Shown one piece after another: positions 15,582 through 24,131 of a DNA stretch of 38,726 bases (position 1 is the stretch's first letter; every line of letters begins with the position of its first letter). The position numbers and the translations under genes were made by a program. The DNA comes from a virus. Taxonomy: Duplodnaviria > Caudoviricetes. Below the pieces are notes generated by a model. That model did no database searches, was not told the DNA's origin, and saw only the letters and a program-made list of their open reading frames with translations. The DNA lies in the IMG/VR virus record IMGVR_UViG_3300034073_001913, positions 1 through 38,726 of that record. One strand, written 5' to 3'.

Positions 15582-17030
15582 ATGGACCATAGTAACACTT
15601 ACCCTTTTAAGACACAGCCCTACGCTCATCAAGCCAAAGCCTGGGACATGTCAAAGGAAAAAGACGAATTCGCCCTGTTCATGGAGATGGGAACTGGCAA
15701 AACGAAGGTGGCAATCGACTCTTTGGCGTACCTTTATGACTCAGGTCGGATTACGTCTGCCCTGATTGTGGCTCCCAAGGGCGTCTACATGAACTGGGTT
15801 ATCAAGGAAATTCCGACTCACTTGCCTGACCACATCCAACACAAGATTGCTAGCTGGCACGCCAGTCCAAGGAAGGCAGAACAAGAAGCCCTTGACGAGA
15901 TCATGAAGCCCAGTGACGACTTACGAATCCTGGTCATGAACGTTGAAGCTTTCTCCACGGACCGGGGCACTAAGTTCGCGCAGCTCTTCACAGACGTCGG
16001 TGGCCGTGTTGCCATGATCGTCGACGAGTCAACGACAATCAAGAACCCAGGAGCACAGCGCACGAAGAACGTGATCAAGGTAGGAACCAGGGCTCACTAT
16101 CGCCGCATCTTGACTGGTGAACCAGTGACTCGTAGTCCGCTAGACATTTACAGCCAGGCGCAGTTCTTGAACCCGCACTTGCTAGGCTTCAGCAGCTACT
16201 ACACGTTCCGCAGTCGGTATGCCGTGATGATCGATGCTAAGTCAGGTAACCGCACGTTCAAAAAGATTGTTGGTTTTCAGCGGCTAGACGAGCTAACGAA
16301 GCTATTGCAGTCGTTCTCGTATCGAGTCAAAAAGGCCGACTGTCTTGATTTGCCCGCCAAGATCTATCAGTATCGGCATGTCGAGCTTACCAAGGAACAG
16401 AAGCAGCTTTACAAACAACTCTCCGATTCGGCCATCGCTCTCTTGCAGGGGAAAGCACTGACAATTGACAATGTGCTCACAGAAATTCTGCGACTTCACC
16501 AGATCACTTGTGGCCACTTCAAGTCTGACGATGGCGACATCATCGAGGTTCCCAACAATCGATTGACGGAACTCATGGACGTGCTCGAAGAGGCTGACGA
16601 CAAGGTCATCATCTGGGCTACATACAGGGCAGACATCTTGAAGATCACGGAGAAACTCAAAGACGTCTATGGACCAGAGAGCATCGTTAGCTACTATGGA
16701 GACACGACAACTGACGAAAGGTCTGAGGCAGTCAAACGGTTTCAAGAGGATCCTGGTACTCGGTTCTTTGTGGGCAACCCATCAACCGGTGGTTATGGCA
16801 TTACCCTGACCGCTGCGACAATGGTGGTGTACTACTCGAACAGCTATAACCTGGAACACCGGCTGCAGTCCGAGGATCGTGCGCATCGTATCGGTCAAAC
16901 CAAGTCAGTGAACTACGTTGACTTGTGTGTGCCTAAGACGATCGACGAGAAGATCATTAAGGCGCTGAGAGCAAAGAAAAACATTGCTGCCCAAGTCCTT
17001 GGTGAAGACATTACTTCCTGGCTTTCTTAG
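15582..17030 (+). CDS. SNF2-family SF2 helicase
   Basis: MEMGTGKT, VDES, LTGEP, GYGITLT and QSEDRAHRIGQ. Confidence 0.93.
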   Translation: MDHSNTYPFKTQPYAHQAKAWDMSKEKDEFALFMEMGTGKTKVAIDSLAYLYDSGRITSALIVAPKGVYMNWVIKEIPTHLPDHIQHKIASWHASPRKAEQEALDEIMKPSDDLRILVMNVEAFSTDRGTKFAQLFTDVGGRVAMIVDESTTIKNPGAQRTKNVIKVGTRAHYRRILTGEPVTRSPLDIYSQAQFLNPHLLGFSSYYTFRSRYAVMIDAKSGNRTFKKIVGFQRLDELTKLLQSFSYRVKKADCLDLPAKIYQYRHVELTKEQKQLYKQLSDSAIALLQGKALTIDNVLTEILRLHQITCGHFKSDDGDIIEVPNNRLTELMDVLEEADDKVIIWATYRADILKITEKLKDVYGPESIVSYYGDTTTDERSEAVKRFQEDPGTRFFVGNPSTGGYGITLTAATMVVYYSNSYNLEHRLQSEDRAHRIGQTKSVNYVDLCVPKTIDEKIIKALRAKKNIAAQVLGEDITSWLS

Positions 17031-17322
17031 TAGTGAGCGTGGTCTTAGAATCGGCACTGGCTCCACCAGCATTTGACCTAGCCTTAGCCGCTGCGACGGC
17101 GTCGTCGATTGTTGCAAAGGACTTGTAGGTTTTCTTAGACATGAGGGCATTGTTTACTGCTGTGTCCTCATCAACTTCCTTACCGCCCCACAAAGACGGT
17201 ATGTTCGTGGGTTTTCCTTCATTGAGCCTTGGATCAGTGACGGTGATGCTTACCTCTGTTGAGTGGCTGCCGTCAGGATTTTTTCTAGCAGGAAGTCCGT
17301 CGTGTGTCAGTAAGGTAGGCAT
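17011..17322 (-). CDS. Hypothetical protein, last gene of the late arm
   Basis: TGATG coupling to the endolysin; converges on the helicase gene. Confidence 0.7.
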   Translation of the reverse strand: MPTLLTHDGLPARKNPDGSHSTEVSITVTDPRLNEGKPTNIPSLWGGKEVDEDTAVNNALMSKKTYKSFATIDDAVAAAKARSNAGGASADSKTTLTTKKARK

Positions 17323-17774
17323 CAGGCAATCTCGAAGTGTGGGCCATCAATGAAGGGCCGCTTGCCTTGCTTGCGGCGTTCGTCAACGTAGTAGTTCATG
17401 GCTTCCTCCATGGTGCCGCGCCAGAGGCGAATGTCAGGAATATTCCAAGCAGCACCCCAGCGTAGCGGCACGTTCTTCTCAATGGCTGCTTGCTTCATGG
17501 CATCAGCAATGTTGTCGTACAACTTAATTTCCCAAGAGGCTCGGTCACCGACGTAGGCCATGAGGTCTACGGCTTTACCTTGAACATGCGTGCCACCTGT
17601 CTTGATGTGGCTAGCTCCCTTGTTGAAATACTCTAGCTGTTTCTCAGGGGTCCGCAGTCCATCAATCACGGCGAAGTCGATGGTAGTAATTTCGATAGCA
17701 CGACAGACCACGTCAACTAGGCGGTCGTCGACTCCGTCTAGTTTAGCGATGCTGCGCTGAGATAGCTTGAACAT
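17322..17774 (-). CDS. Endolysin, peptidase M15 (L-Ala-D-Glu type)
   Basis: FKLSQRS, GLRT, THVQGKAVDL and DGPHFE Zn ligands. Confidence 0.9.
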   Translation of the reverse strand: MFKLSQRSIAKLDGVDDRLVDVVCRAIEITTIDFAVIDGLRTPEKQLEYFNKGASHIKTGGTHVQGKAVDLMAYVGDRASWEIKLYDNIADAMKQAAIEKNVPLRWGAAWNIPDIRLWRGTMEEAMNYYVDERRKQGKRPFIDGPHFEIA

Positions 17775-18163
17775 TACTTCTTGAACACTTGAGCAATGCC
17801 AGGCAGAACCTTCTCTGCGCTGCGACCAATGACGTAACCGCCAATGCCTAGTTCAACGATGTCCCAGAGTTTTAGGTACTCAGACTCAGACAGGTTAGGT
17901 GCTGCCCAGCCAAACCACCTGGCCACAATGAGACCGCCAAACGTGAGCATCAGAATCGGTCGCCAGTTAGCTGCTAGCCAGTGTTCACTTGCAGCTTCTG
18001 CTTTGACAATCTCGCCACGAGCGGTCAGCTCAGTAAGCTCGCCCTTCTGAGCCATCTCCATGAGAGCTAGCTTAGCCTGATCTTTCTTTTCCTGATCAGG
18101 CCACAAGCGATCGATAAGCTGGCCCCCGATATTAAGGGCCGCGGTTACTGGATCGGCTGCCAT
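17774..18163 (-). CDS. Holin (GTA 3TM-holin-like)
   Basis: LIDRLWPD, AEAAS..WL..NWRP and GRSAEK; TM segments; next to the endolysin. Confidence 0.8.
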   Translation of the reverse strand: MAADPVTAALNIGGQLIDRLWPDQEKKDQAKLALMEMAQKGELTELTARGEIVKAEAASEHWLAANWRPILMLTFGGLIVARWFGWAAPNLSESEYLKLWDIVELGIGGYVIGRSAEKVLPGIAQVFKK

Positions 18164-18165
18164 GA

Positions 18166-18375
18166 TTAACCTATTTTCTGAAGGAGTAAAAACAGGGTGA
18201 AGAGAGCACCAAAGGCGCCAACAATCAAAGTCCCTGCCGTAGCTACCATGATGCCTTCAATGCGCTTCAACCTAGCATTCGTTGATGCGAATTGCAGTTC
18301 AATTTTCTCGTACCGCTCGGCGCACACCTGTTCATGAGTCGACAGTTGTGATTGAACATCAACCGCAGTAACCAT
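18166..18375 (-). CDS. Small coiled-coil plus C-terminal TM protein (lysis-associated)
   Basis: HEQVCAERY...RLKRIE plus hydrophobic tail; GGAG RBS before ATG 18375. Confidence 0.7.
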   Translation of the reverse strand: MVTAVDVQSQLSTHEQVCAERYEKIELQFASTNARLKRIEGIMVATAGTLIVGAFGALFTLFLLLQKIG

Positions 18376-18376
18376 A

Positions 18377-18742
18377 CTATGCTCCAAACAACTCGTCAAT
18401 TTCAGACATCTTGACGGCTACCATGGCAGCAATGTCGTCAAGCACCATAGGGTCACGCAGACGGTTAGCTTGCAACTCATCGTCAATCGTGTACTTAGCC
18501 CGAATAGTTTTAGGAATGCGAGCCTTGATGGCAGCAACGGCTGGGCTGATCGACTTAGCCACGTCGATGTCAGCATCCGTGCCTAAGGTCCATTGAGCAT
18601 CTTGCTCTTGGTTAAACCTTGCAACACAGACGTCGGTCATTGAGGCGTAGGTCACGTCGTCCTTGGTGCCATGCCAAACAGGAGCAGTTACAAACCCAGA
18701 CTCTGGGTGTTTGTATTCTCCAACAAATGTATAAAGTTTCAT
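18377..18742 (-). CDS. Hypothetical protein, possible tail fibre assembly chaperone
   Basis: Follows the RBP gene; IRAKYTIDDE motif; AGGAG RBS. Confidence 0.55.
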   Translation of the reverse strand: MKLYTFVGEYKHPESGFVTAPVWHGTKDDVTYASMTDVCVARFNQEQDAQWTLGTDADIDVAKSISPAVAAIKARIPKTIRAKYTIDDELQANRLRDPMVLDDIAAMVAVKMSEIDELFGA

Positions 18743-18752
18743 TTTCTTCTCC

Positions 18753-20720
18753 TTATGGGTTCATGACCATGTAGCGACCGTTGAAGCCCAGGTCAATTGA
18801 GAACTCGCCTTCACCGTTGCTGCCCATGTGCAGGACACGGCCGTCAGAGAGAAGCAGTTGCTGCATAAACCCAGGACTGTACGGGTAGCTAAACTGCTGG
18901 GCACCGACAATTGAGACGTCAGCCAAGGCCGCGTTACCGTCTTCAGAGGACCAAGGACCTGGCAGCAGGACAGGGCGAGAATAGGTAATTGTCGTGTTGT
19001 CTGTCCGGTAGGTGCTCAGGTTGGTGCCATAACCCATGTGATACATGCGCCCTGTCGAATCGATGACATGCCAGCCAGTTCCTGATTCACTGTACGTGTA
19101 CGGCATGATCTTAACAATGTTGTCCCTTGGGAAGACGCGGTCACTGTTTGATACGACGCCAGCAATATACGTAAAGTTGCGGTTACGAGTTGTGTCGCAA
19201 ATTGTGCCGGGGCGAGACGGCGTACTAGTATTTGTCGTAGTACCGTCGCCAAACTGGCTGTTACCGTTGTAGCCCCAAACCCACATCAACCCGTCAGGGG
19301 ATCCTGGAGCGCCGCCAATGGCTGACACTGTCTTGTATTCACCTGTGCCATTAAGGTGGAACTCACTGAACGTTTGCGAAGTGCCACAGCGAGTATATGC
19401 CGATTGGTTAGTCGTGTTGCCGTTGCCCAGGTTGCCGTTGTTGTTGTAGCCAGAGCCATACAACTCGCCGTTGTTCTTCATGAAGTAAGAACAACCGTAG
19501 TAGATCCAACCAGCTGAGTAGTGAGAACCAACGTGGGTTTCAATGTCGTAGACGTCCGTGGCGCCAGAGATTAGCTGAGGAGACGTGTAGTTAGTCGTGT
19601 TGCCAGTACCTAGCTGACCTTGAGCGTTCCAGCCCCAAGTGTACAGTTGACCAAGGTTATTGACGGCCATAACCATACGAGGACGCGCGTGAATCATACG
19701 CACGTTTGGCAAGGCAGAGACTAGCTGAGGCGTCGTTTGAGGAGTTGTCGTGTTACCAATGCCGCACTCACCGTTGCCGTTGTAACCCCAAGTCCACAGG
19801 CGATAGCTACTGTCAATCGCGTAAACAGTACTAAGGCCAGCTTCGCCGCCATTTAGCTCAAGAGACGTGGTCAGGCCGATGATCTTGCAAGATTGACCGC
19901 CAACAGAAGCATCAGGACCTAAGTAAGGAACCTTGGTCCAACCATACACGTCAGTTGTGTGGCCGGCCCCTGCCAAACCCTGGGCGTTATAGCCCATAAA
20001 GAACACATCGCCGTCCTTTGTGAGAGCCAGCAAAGAACCTTGGGCGCTGGCATGGTGGATCTGGACAAAGTGATCACCGGCTCTCATCAAACCAAACTCA
20101 CCACTGAATGCCATGAACGAGGTCAAATTAGCGTGGTTGTGGCTGTGGGCGTACTTACCAGCTAAGCCGTACTCGGTCGTACCTCTAGACACGAGTTCAA
20201 ACTTATCGTTCAAGAAAGTGCTTGTCTCGTACTTACCACGACCGCCGCGAGACCAGGCGCGTGGTCCAAGGCGAGGATTAGGCAGACCCGAGGCGATGCG
20301 CAAGTTGTTGCCGGCCGGATCACCGAGCCATGGTTCGTTGCCAGTACCTACTAGGTTAGGACTTGCGATCCAAGGACGAACGCTGTTGACGTAAATGCTA
20401 TTGCCTTGGAAACCTGATTGAGGTCTCCACTGGACGCCTGACGCGGTGGCAGTTAAGACCTGGCCATTAGGCCCAATGCCAAAGCGAATAGGAGCTGTGC
20501 CGTTGTGGGTAATAATGTCGCCAAGGGTCGTCAGGATATTAGTGCCCTGCACCATCAGGTCCCAGTACGTTGTGTCGGTAGGCAGGTTGCCAGTCGAGGC
20601 TAGTTTACAAATGTAGACGCTCTCGTTGTACTTGACAACGTCGTCTTTTTCGTAGGCCGTGGCACCTGAATACGTATTTCTCCACGTGAACTTAATTTTT
20701 CCAAGGTCAAGGGTTGCCAT
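18753..20720 (-). CDS. Receptor-binding / tail fibre protein with RCC1-like beta-propeller repeats
   Basis: Repeats such as LWTWGYNGNGECG, LYTWGWNAQGQLG and WVWGYNGNSQFG; N-terminal LGKIKFTW..Y..DDVV module. Confidence 0.8.
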   Translation of the reverse strand: MATLDLGKIKFTWRNTYSGATAYEKDDVVKYNESVYICKLASTGNLPTDTTYWDLMVQGTNILTTLGDIITHNGTAPIRFGIGPNGQVLTATASGVQWRPQSGFQGNSIYVNSVRPWIASPNLVGTGNEPWLGDPAGNNLRIASGLPNPRLGPRAWSRGGRGKYETSTFLNDKFELVSRGTTEYGLAGKYAHSHNHANLTSFMAFSGEFGLMRAGDHFVQIHHASAQGSLLALTKDGDVFFMGYNAQGLAGAGHTTDVYGWTKVPYLGPDASVGGQSCKIIGLTTSLELNGGEAGLSTVYAIDSSYRLWTWGYNGNGECGIGNTTTPQTTPQLVSALPNVRMIHARPRMVMAVNNLGQLYTWGWNAQGQLGTGNTTNYTSPQLISGATDVYDIETHVGSHYSAGWIYYGCSYFMKNNGELYGSGYNNNGNLGNGNTTNQSAYTRCGTSQTFSEFHLNGTGEYKTVSAIGGAPGSPDGLMWVWGYNGNSQFGDGTTTNTSTPSRPGTICDTTRNRNFTYIAGVVSNSDRVFPRDNIVKIMPYTYSESGTGWHVIDSTGRMYHMGYGTNLSTYRTDNTTITYSRPVLLPGPWSSEDGNAALADVSIVGAQQFSYPYSPGFMQQLLLSDGRVLHMGSNGEGEFSIDLGFNGRYMVMNP

Positions 20721-20729
20721 GGTTTCTCC

Positions 20730-21617
20730 TTACGGTAGTGTGCAAATGAGGTGGCCGTCGTTGTTGACAGAGAAGACATTGCCTGACGCGCCAAGGAAAT
20801 AGTCCTCATAATCGTTTACGTTAAATGAATCAGCTTCTCCAATGACTGACCTGTCGAGTATCAAGGAGCCACTAGAAATTCTGAAGCCATAGAAAATTGA
20901 GTTGTCTTGCGGTGGCGCAATCGTCTCGTAGCCAGAACGGTCTGACTTGATGCGAATAAACTTAAGTTCGTCGCCAGGAACTATTGAAGGTAGGCCAGCA
21001 TTGATAACAGCTGTTGCTGCCGTAGCAGCGGAAGCCGCGGCACTAGACGCAGAAGCGTTGGCTGCGTTAGCGGCCGCTGTTGCCGTGGCAGCGTTGGTTT
21101 GCGCGTTTGCGATGTCTTCTGTCGAGGGCCCCATGGCAACCTTAGTTCCAGTGGGATCGACAACAAGGGCTTTGTTTGCTTCAAACTCGTCAACACGAAT
21201 GTCTGTTACCGTACTGGTTTCAACAACCTGTAGTGAACGGTCAAGCTGTTCTTGCAACTGAGTCGCAATGATAGTCAGCTTGTCAAGAGCACCTTCGTGG
21301 GTTTCTGCTGGGAATGGATCACCTTCAGTATAGTCCACTTGCTGGACAATTGGTGTTCCACGTAGAATAACGATCTTGAAACCAGCAGCCAGGTTTGAGT
21401 TCAGCGTGACCGTGGCAAATTTAGTCGAAGCGTTGATTGTGACGTTGTAGTCGTACGGATTCGCACCACCACGAGTTCTTAGAGTCTGTACGCTTGCTGT
21501 GTCAACAGTAAAAACCTTGAGGTCGTCCAAGCCCTGGACGGTCGCATTGAAGTAGAAAGTGTTCGTTGAACCAGTGCCAACCTGGACGACACGTTTAATT
21601 TCGGTTTGAACTGTCAT
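20730..21617 (-). CDS. Tail fibre anchor/adaptor (T7 gp17 N-terminal-like)
   Basis: FPAETHEGALDKLT motif; Ala-rich stalk; follows the ejection genes. Confidence 0.8.
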   Translation of the reverse strand: MTVQTEIKRVVQVGTGSTNTFYFNATVQGLDDLKVFTVDTASVQTLRTRGGANPYDYNVTINASTKFATVTLNSNLAAGFKIVILRGTPIVQQVDYTEGDPFPAETHEGALDKLTIIATQLQEQLDRSLQVVETSTVTDIRVDEFEANKALVVDPTGTKVAMGPSTEDIANAQTNAATATAAANAANASASSAAASAATAATAVINAGLPSIVPGDELKFIRIKSDRSGYETIAPPQDNSIFYGFRISSGSLILDRSVIGEADSFNVNDYEDYFLGASGNVFSVNNDGHLICTLP

Positions 21618-24130
21618 TGCACTAGACTCCTAAGGTTACCTCCGTATGGGACCTGCTCGCTCGGCGGAACGAAAAATCGCTGATCATTCTCCTGCATTAT
21701 ACGGCCTTCCATCCGACGAAGATACCCCGGATTGACCATCTCTTGAAGCTCGTACAGAATCAAGTAGTCCAGGGCTTGTCTAGTATAGAACAGGTTGATG
21801 AACGGAGTATTGTTAGTAATGGACCGCATTACATTGGCGCCAACGTCTTCCCCTGTCCGAATGCGGGTAAAAATCTCAGCTAGGTCATCTACCTGTCCGA
21901 AGGTTGGACCTGCCAGGGTTGACAGGAATGAACGTCCGTAACGGCTGTATTCACCAAACAGGAAGTCGCCATAGATACCCAGACCTCCGCCTTGGCTCAT
22001 GGCCGCAAACATAAGCTTGGCGTCCTTTTCTGTTTCTCCAGTAAAGGTCCGAGGTTCCTTGCCCTTCAGAATATCCTTAGCTACCATCGAAGCATATCCG
22101 AACAGGGTAGTACCAGCTATCAAATGTACTAGTCCCATCATGTCTGGCTTACCGTCAGCGGCTCCATGAACCTCGCGGCCAAGACCTCGGCGAATCATTG
22201 TGATCGGGAAAGCTTTGAACTGCATGATCAGGCGCAAGGCTTCGCCTTCAGCCGTACCCACCTCAGTACCCTGGCTCATGATGGCTCGTTCAGCAGCTCC
22301 TGGCATTGGAACGGCGTAATCAGAACGATCTTGGAAGTAGGTATCTAGGCGAGAGACTAGTTCATCTCTAGCAGTAGCGATGTCCCTAGCAGACGGTTTG
22401 GCGTTGCCCTTGTCTTTTAAGTACTGCTTGATTGTCTTGTCGTCAAGCTCCTCAATGGCTTCACTGACCATGTAGGTGTTGCCGTCAGCGGCTTCCTTGA
22501 CTGCATGCTTGCGGTAGATATTCCATTCGGCTTCGCCAATGTCGTACTGCTGCATGACGTTCGCTGCTTTGCCAAGCTTGCCGTACTCAAGATCGACCTT
22601 GTTAGCCAGGTTGTTACTCATGATCAAGGCAGCACTGGTTCGGTTTGTGTCGTTCCACCAGCTCATCAAGTTAAGCTTGAAGAAGCGTTGCTGCAACTTG
22701 GCCATGGTACCAGGGACCGTGTCTTGACCGCCAAAGCGAGCAGTCACGTCGCCAATCAGGCCATCAAAACCAACACCCAGCAAACGGGCAATCTCTTTGC
22801 GTTCAAGATCACCACGGCCCTTGAAGATATTCACGATTGTGTCGCTGTACGACTTAAGCAGTGGAACCCCTTGGTAGCGCAGTTCGGCTGCCTGGTTAGG
22901 GATGTCAGTCACTGAGGACACGACAGCGCCGCCTAGTTTAGCCATGTTCTGGATTGAACGGGTAATGGCGCCGATCCTTGCCAAGCTGACGTTAGCAGGA
23001 ATTCTCGTGGTGCCGTCAATCTCCTTCAGCTGGTTCATTAGGTTTTTCTTAGACAGCTTGTCGTAGATCTCTGGCTGATCGCGATACTTAAGTTTGAGCT
23101 CGGTCACCATGCGATCAAACATCGCAACCGGGTTTGTACCCAAGCCTTCCATCAGGGCCGTGTTGCGAGCCATGTGGTCAAGGCCTCCTGTAATCGCTTC
23201 ACGCAAGTCCTGGGTACCAAACTGCTCGTTATACGCCATAAACGAATCAGAATCCTTAAAGTGAAGGACGCGTTCCTGGCTCATCTTTTTAGCTACGTTA
23301 GCTGGTCCTTTAAAACCATGCAAGAAGTTGCTCTCGCTGTCTCCTTTAAAGCGCTTGTGCATCCCTGTAGTCAGGCCAAGATACGCGCCTTTCAAGAATT
23401 CTTCAGGGTCTGCGCCTCTAAACGTAGCCTCAATGTCTAGTTTATCAATGACGTAGTTCTTCCAATTCTCGTAACCAGCCTTACGGATTCGGGCTTGGTC
23501 GTGGCTTTGTCTGAAGATGTAGCCTGGTCTTGCTTGGATGTAGGCACCTGCTCGGTTTGCTCGCTCGATGGCTGCTGATTGATACTTGTGGATGACGGCT
23601 GCGATCTTTTGCGCCACAGGGTTTTCCGACGCGCCGGGTGTTCCATTTGGTTTGATCTCAAAAAGTTCTCTAGCAATGTCGTCGTCCATGTGTCCATTAC
23701 TGAAATGAACAAGCAGATCGTCTTTCTCTAGATCGTGAATCAGTCTGCCTAGGTACTTGTTAGACAGGGCTTTACCTTGCGCGTCAATGCTAAGCTTTGA
23801 ACCAACGCGATTCTTAACCGAACCCACCATCAAGGCTTGTAGACCCTCAGCCGGATCTACAAACTTACCGACAAAATTATAGTTCTGGGCCAGCACCTTG
23901 GCGTTGATCATGGTGTTGCGCTTCTCAATAGCTGCGGCCAAGATACTGTCATTGAGACGCTGTTGCAAGTGTGCGGCAATCGTGGCATCTAGGTTGTCCA
24001 CATGCAGCATTTTCTTCTTTGACGTGATGAACGTGTCAATCTCAGACAGCAAATCACTGGCTTGCTCGTCTGTGATCTTGCCTTCACCGGCTGCCTTCTT
24101 AATAATGTCTAAGCAATCTTGCATGGCCAT
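21614..24130 (-). CDS. Internal virion (ejection) protein, 838 aa
   Basis: Synteny; QFKAFP, GGGLGIYGDFL and LAGP C-terminal motifs of podovirus core proteins. Confidence 0.75.
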   Translation of the reverse strand: MAMQDCLDIIKKAAGEGKITDEQASDLLSEIDTFITSKKKMLHVDNLDATIAAHLQQRLNDSILAAAIEKRNTMINAKVLAQNYNFVGKFVDPAEGLQALMVGSVKNRVGSKLSIDAQGKALSNKYLGRLIHDLEKDDLLVHFSNGHMDDDIARELFEIKPNGTPGASENPVAQKIAAVIHKYQSAAIERANRAGAYIQARPGYIFRQSHDQARIRKAGYENWKNYVIDKLDIEATFRGADPEEFLKGAYLGLTTGMHKRFKGDSESNFLHGFKGPANVAKKMSQERVLHFKDSDSFMAYNEQFGTQDLREAITGGLDHMARNTALMEGLGTNPVAMFDRMVTELKLKYRDQPEIYDKLSKKNLMNQLKEIDGTTRIPANVSLARIGAITRSIQNMAKLGGAVVSSVTDIPNQAAELRYQGVPLLKSYSDTIVNIFKGRGDLERKEIARLLGVGFDGLIGDVTARFGGQDTVPGTMAKLQQRFFKLNLMSWWNDTNRTSAALIMSNNLANKVDLEYGKLGKAANVMQQYDIGEAEWNIYRKHAVKEAADGNTYMVSEAIEELDDKTIKQYLKDKGNAKPSARDIATARDELVSRLDTYFQDRSDYAVPMPGAAERAIMSQGTEVGTAEGEALRLIMQFKAFPITMIRRGLGREVHGAADGKPDMMGLVHLIAGTTLFGYASMVAKDILKGKEPRTFTGETEKDAKLMFAAMSQGGGLGIYGDFLFGEYSRYGRSFLSTLAGPTFGQVDDLAEIFTRIRTGEDVGANVMRSITNNTPFINLFYTRQALDYLILYELQEMVNPGYLRRMEGRIMQENDQRFFVPPSEQVPYGGNLRSLVQ

Positions 24131-24131
24131 C

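Noticed and set aside
18753-20720. Diversity-generating retroelement target, suggested by the BPP-1-like structural genes and AAC-rich codons
   Set aside because: No reverse transcriptase or template repeat seen; the Asn/Gly richness is explained by RCC1 repeats
21000-21115. GCN-rich repetitive DNA
   Set aside because: Encodes the Ala-rich fibre stalk
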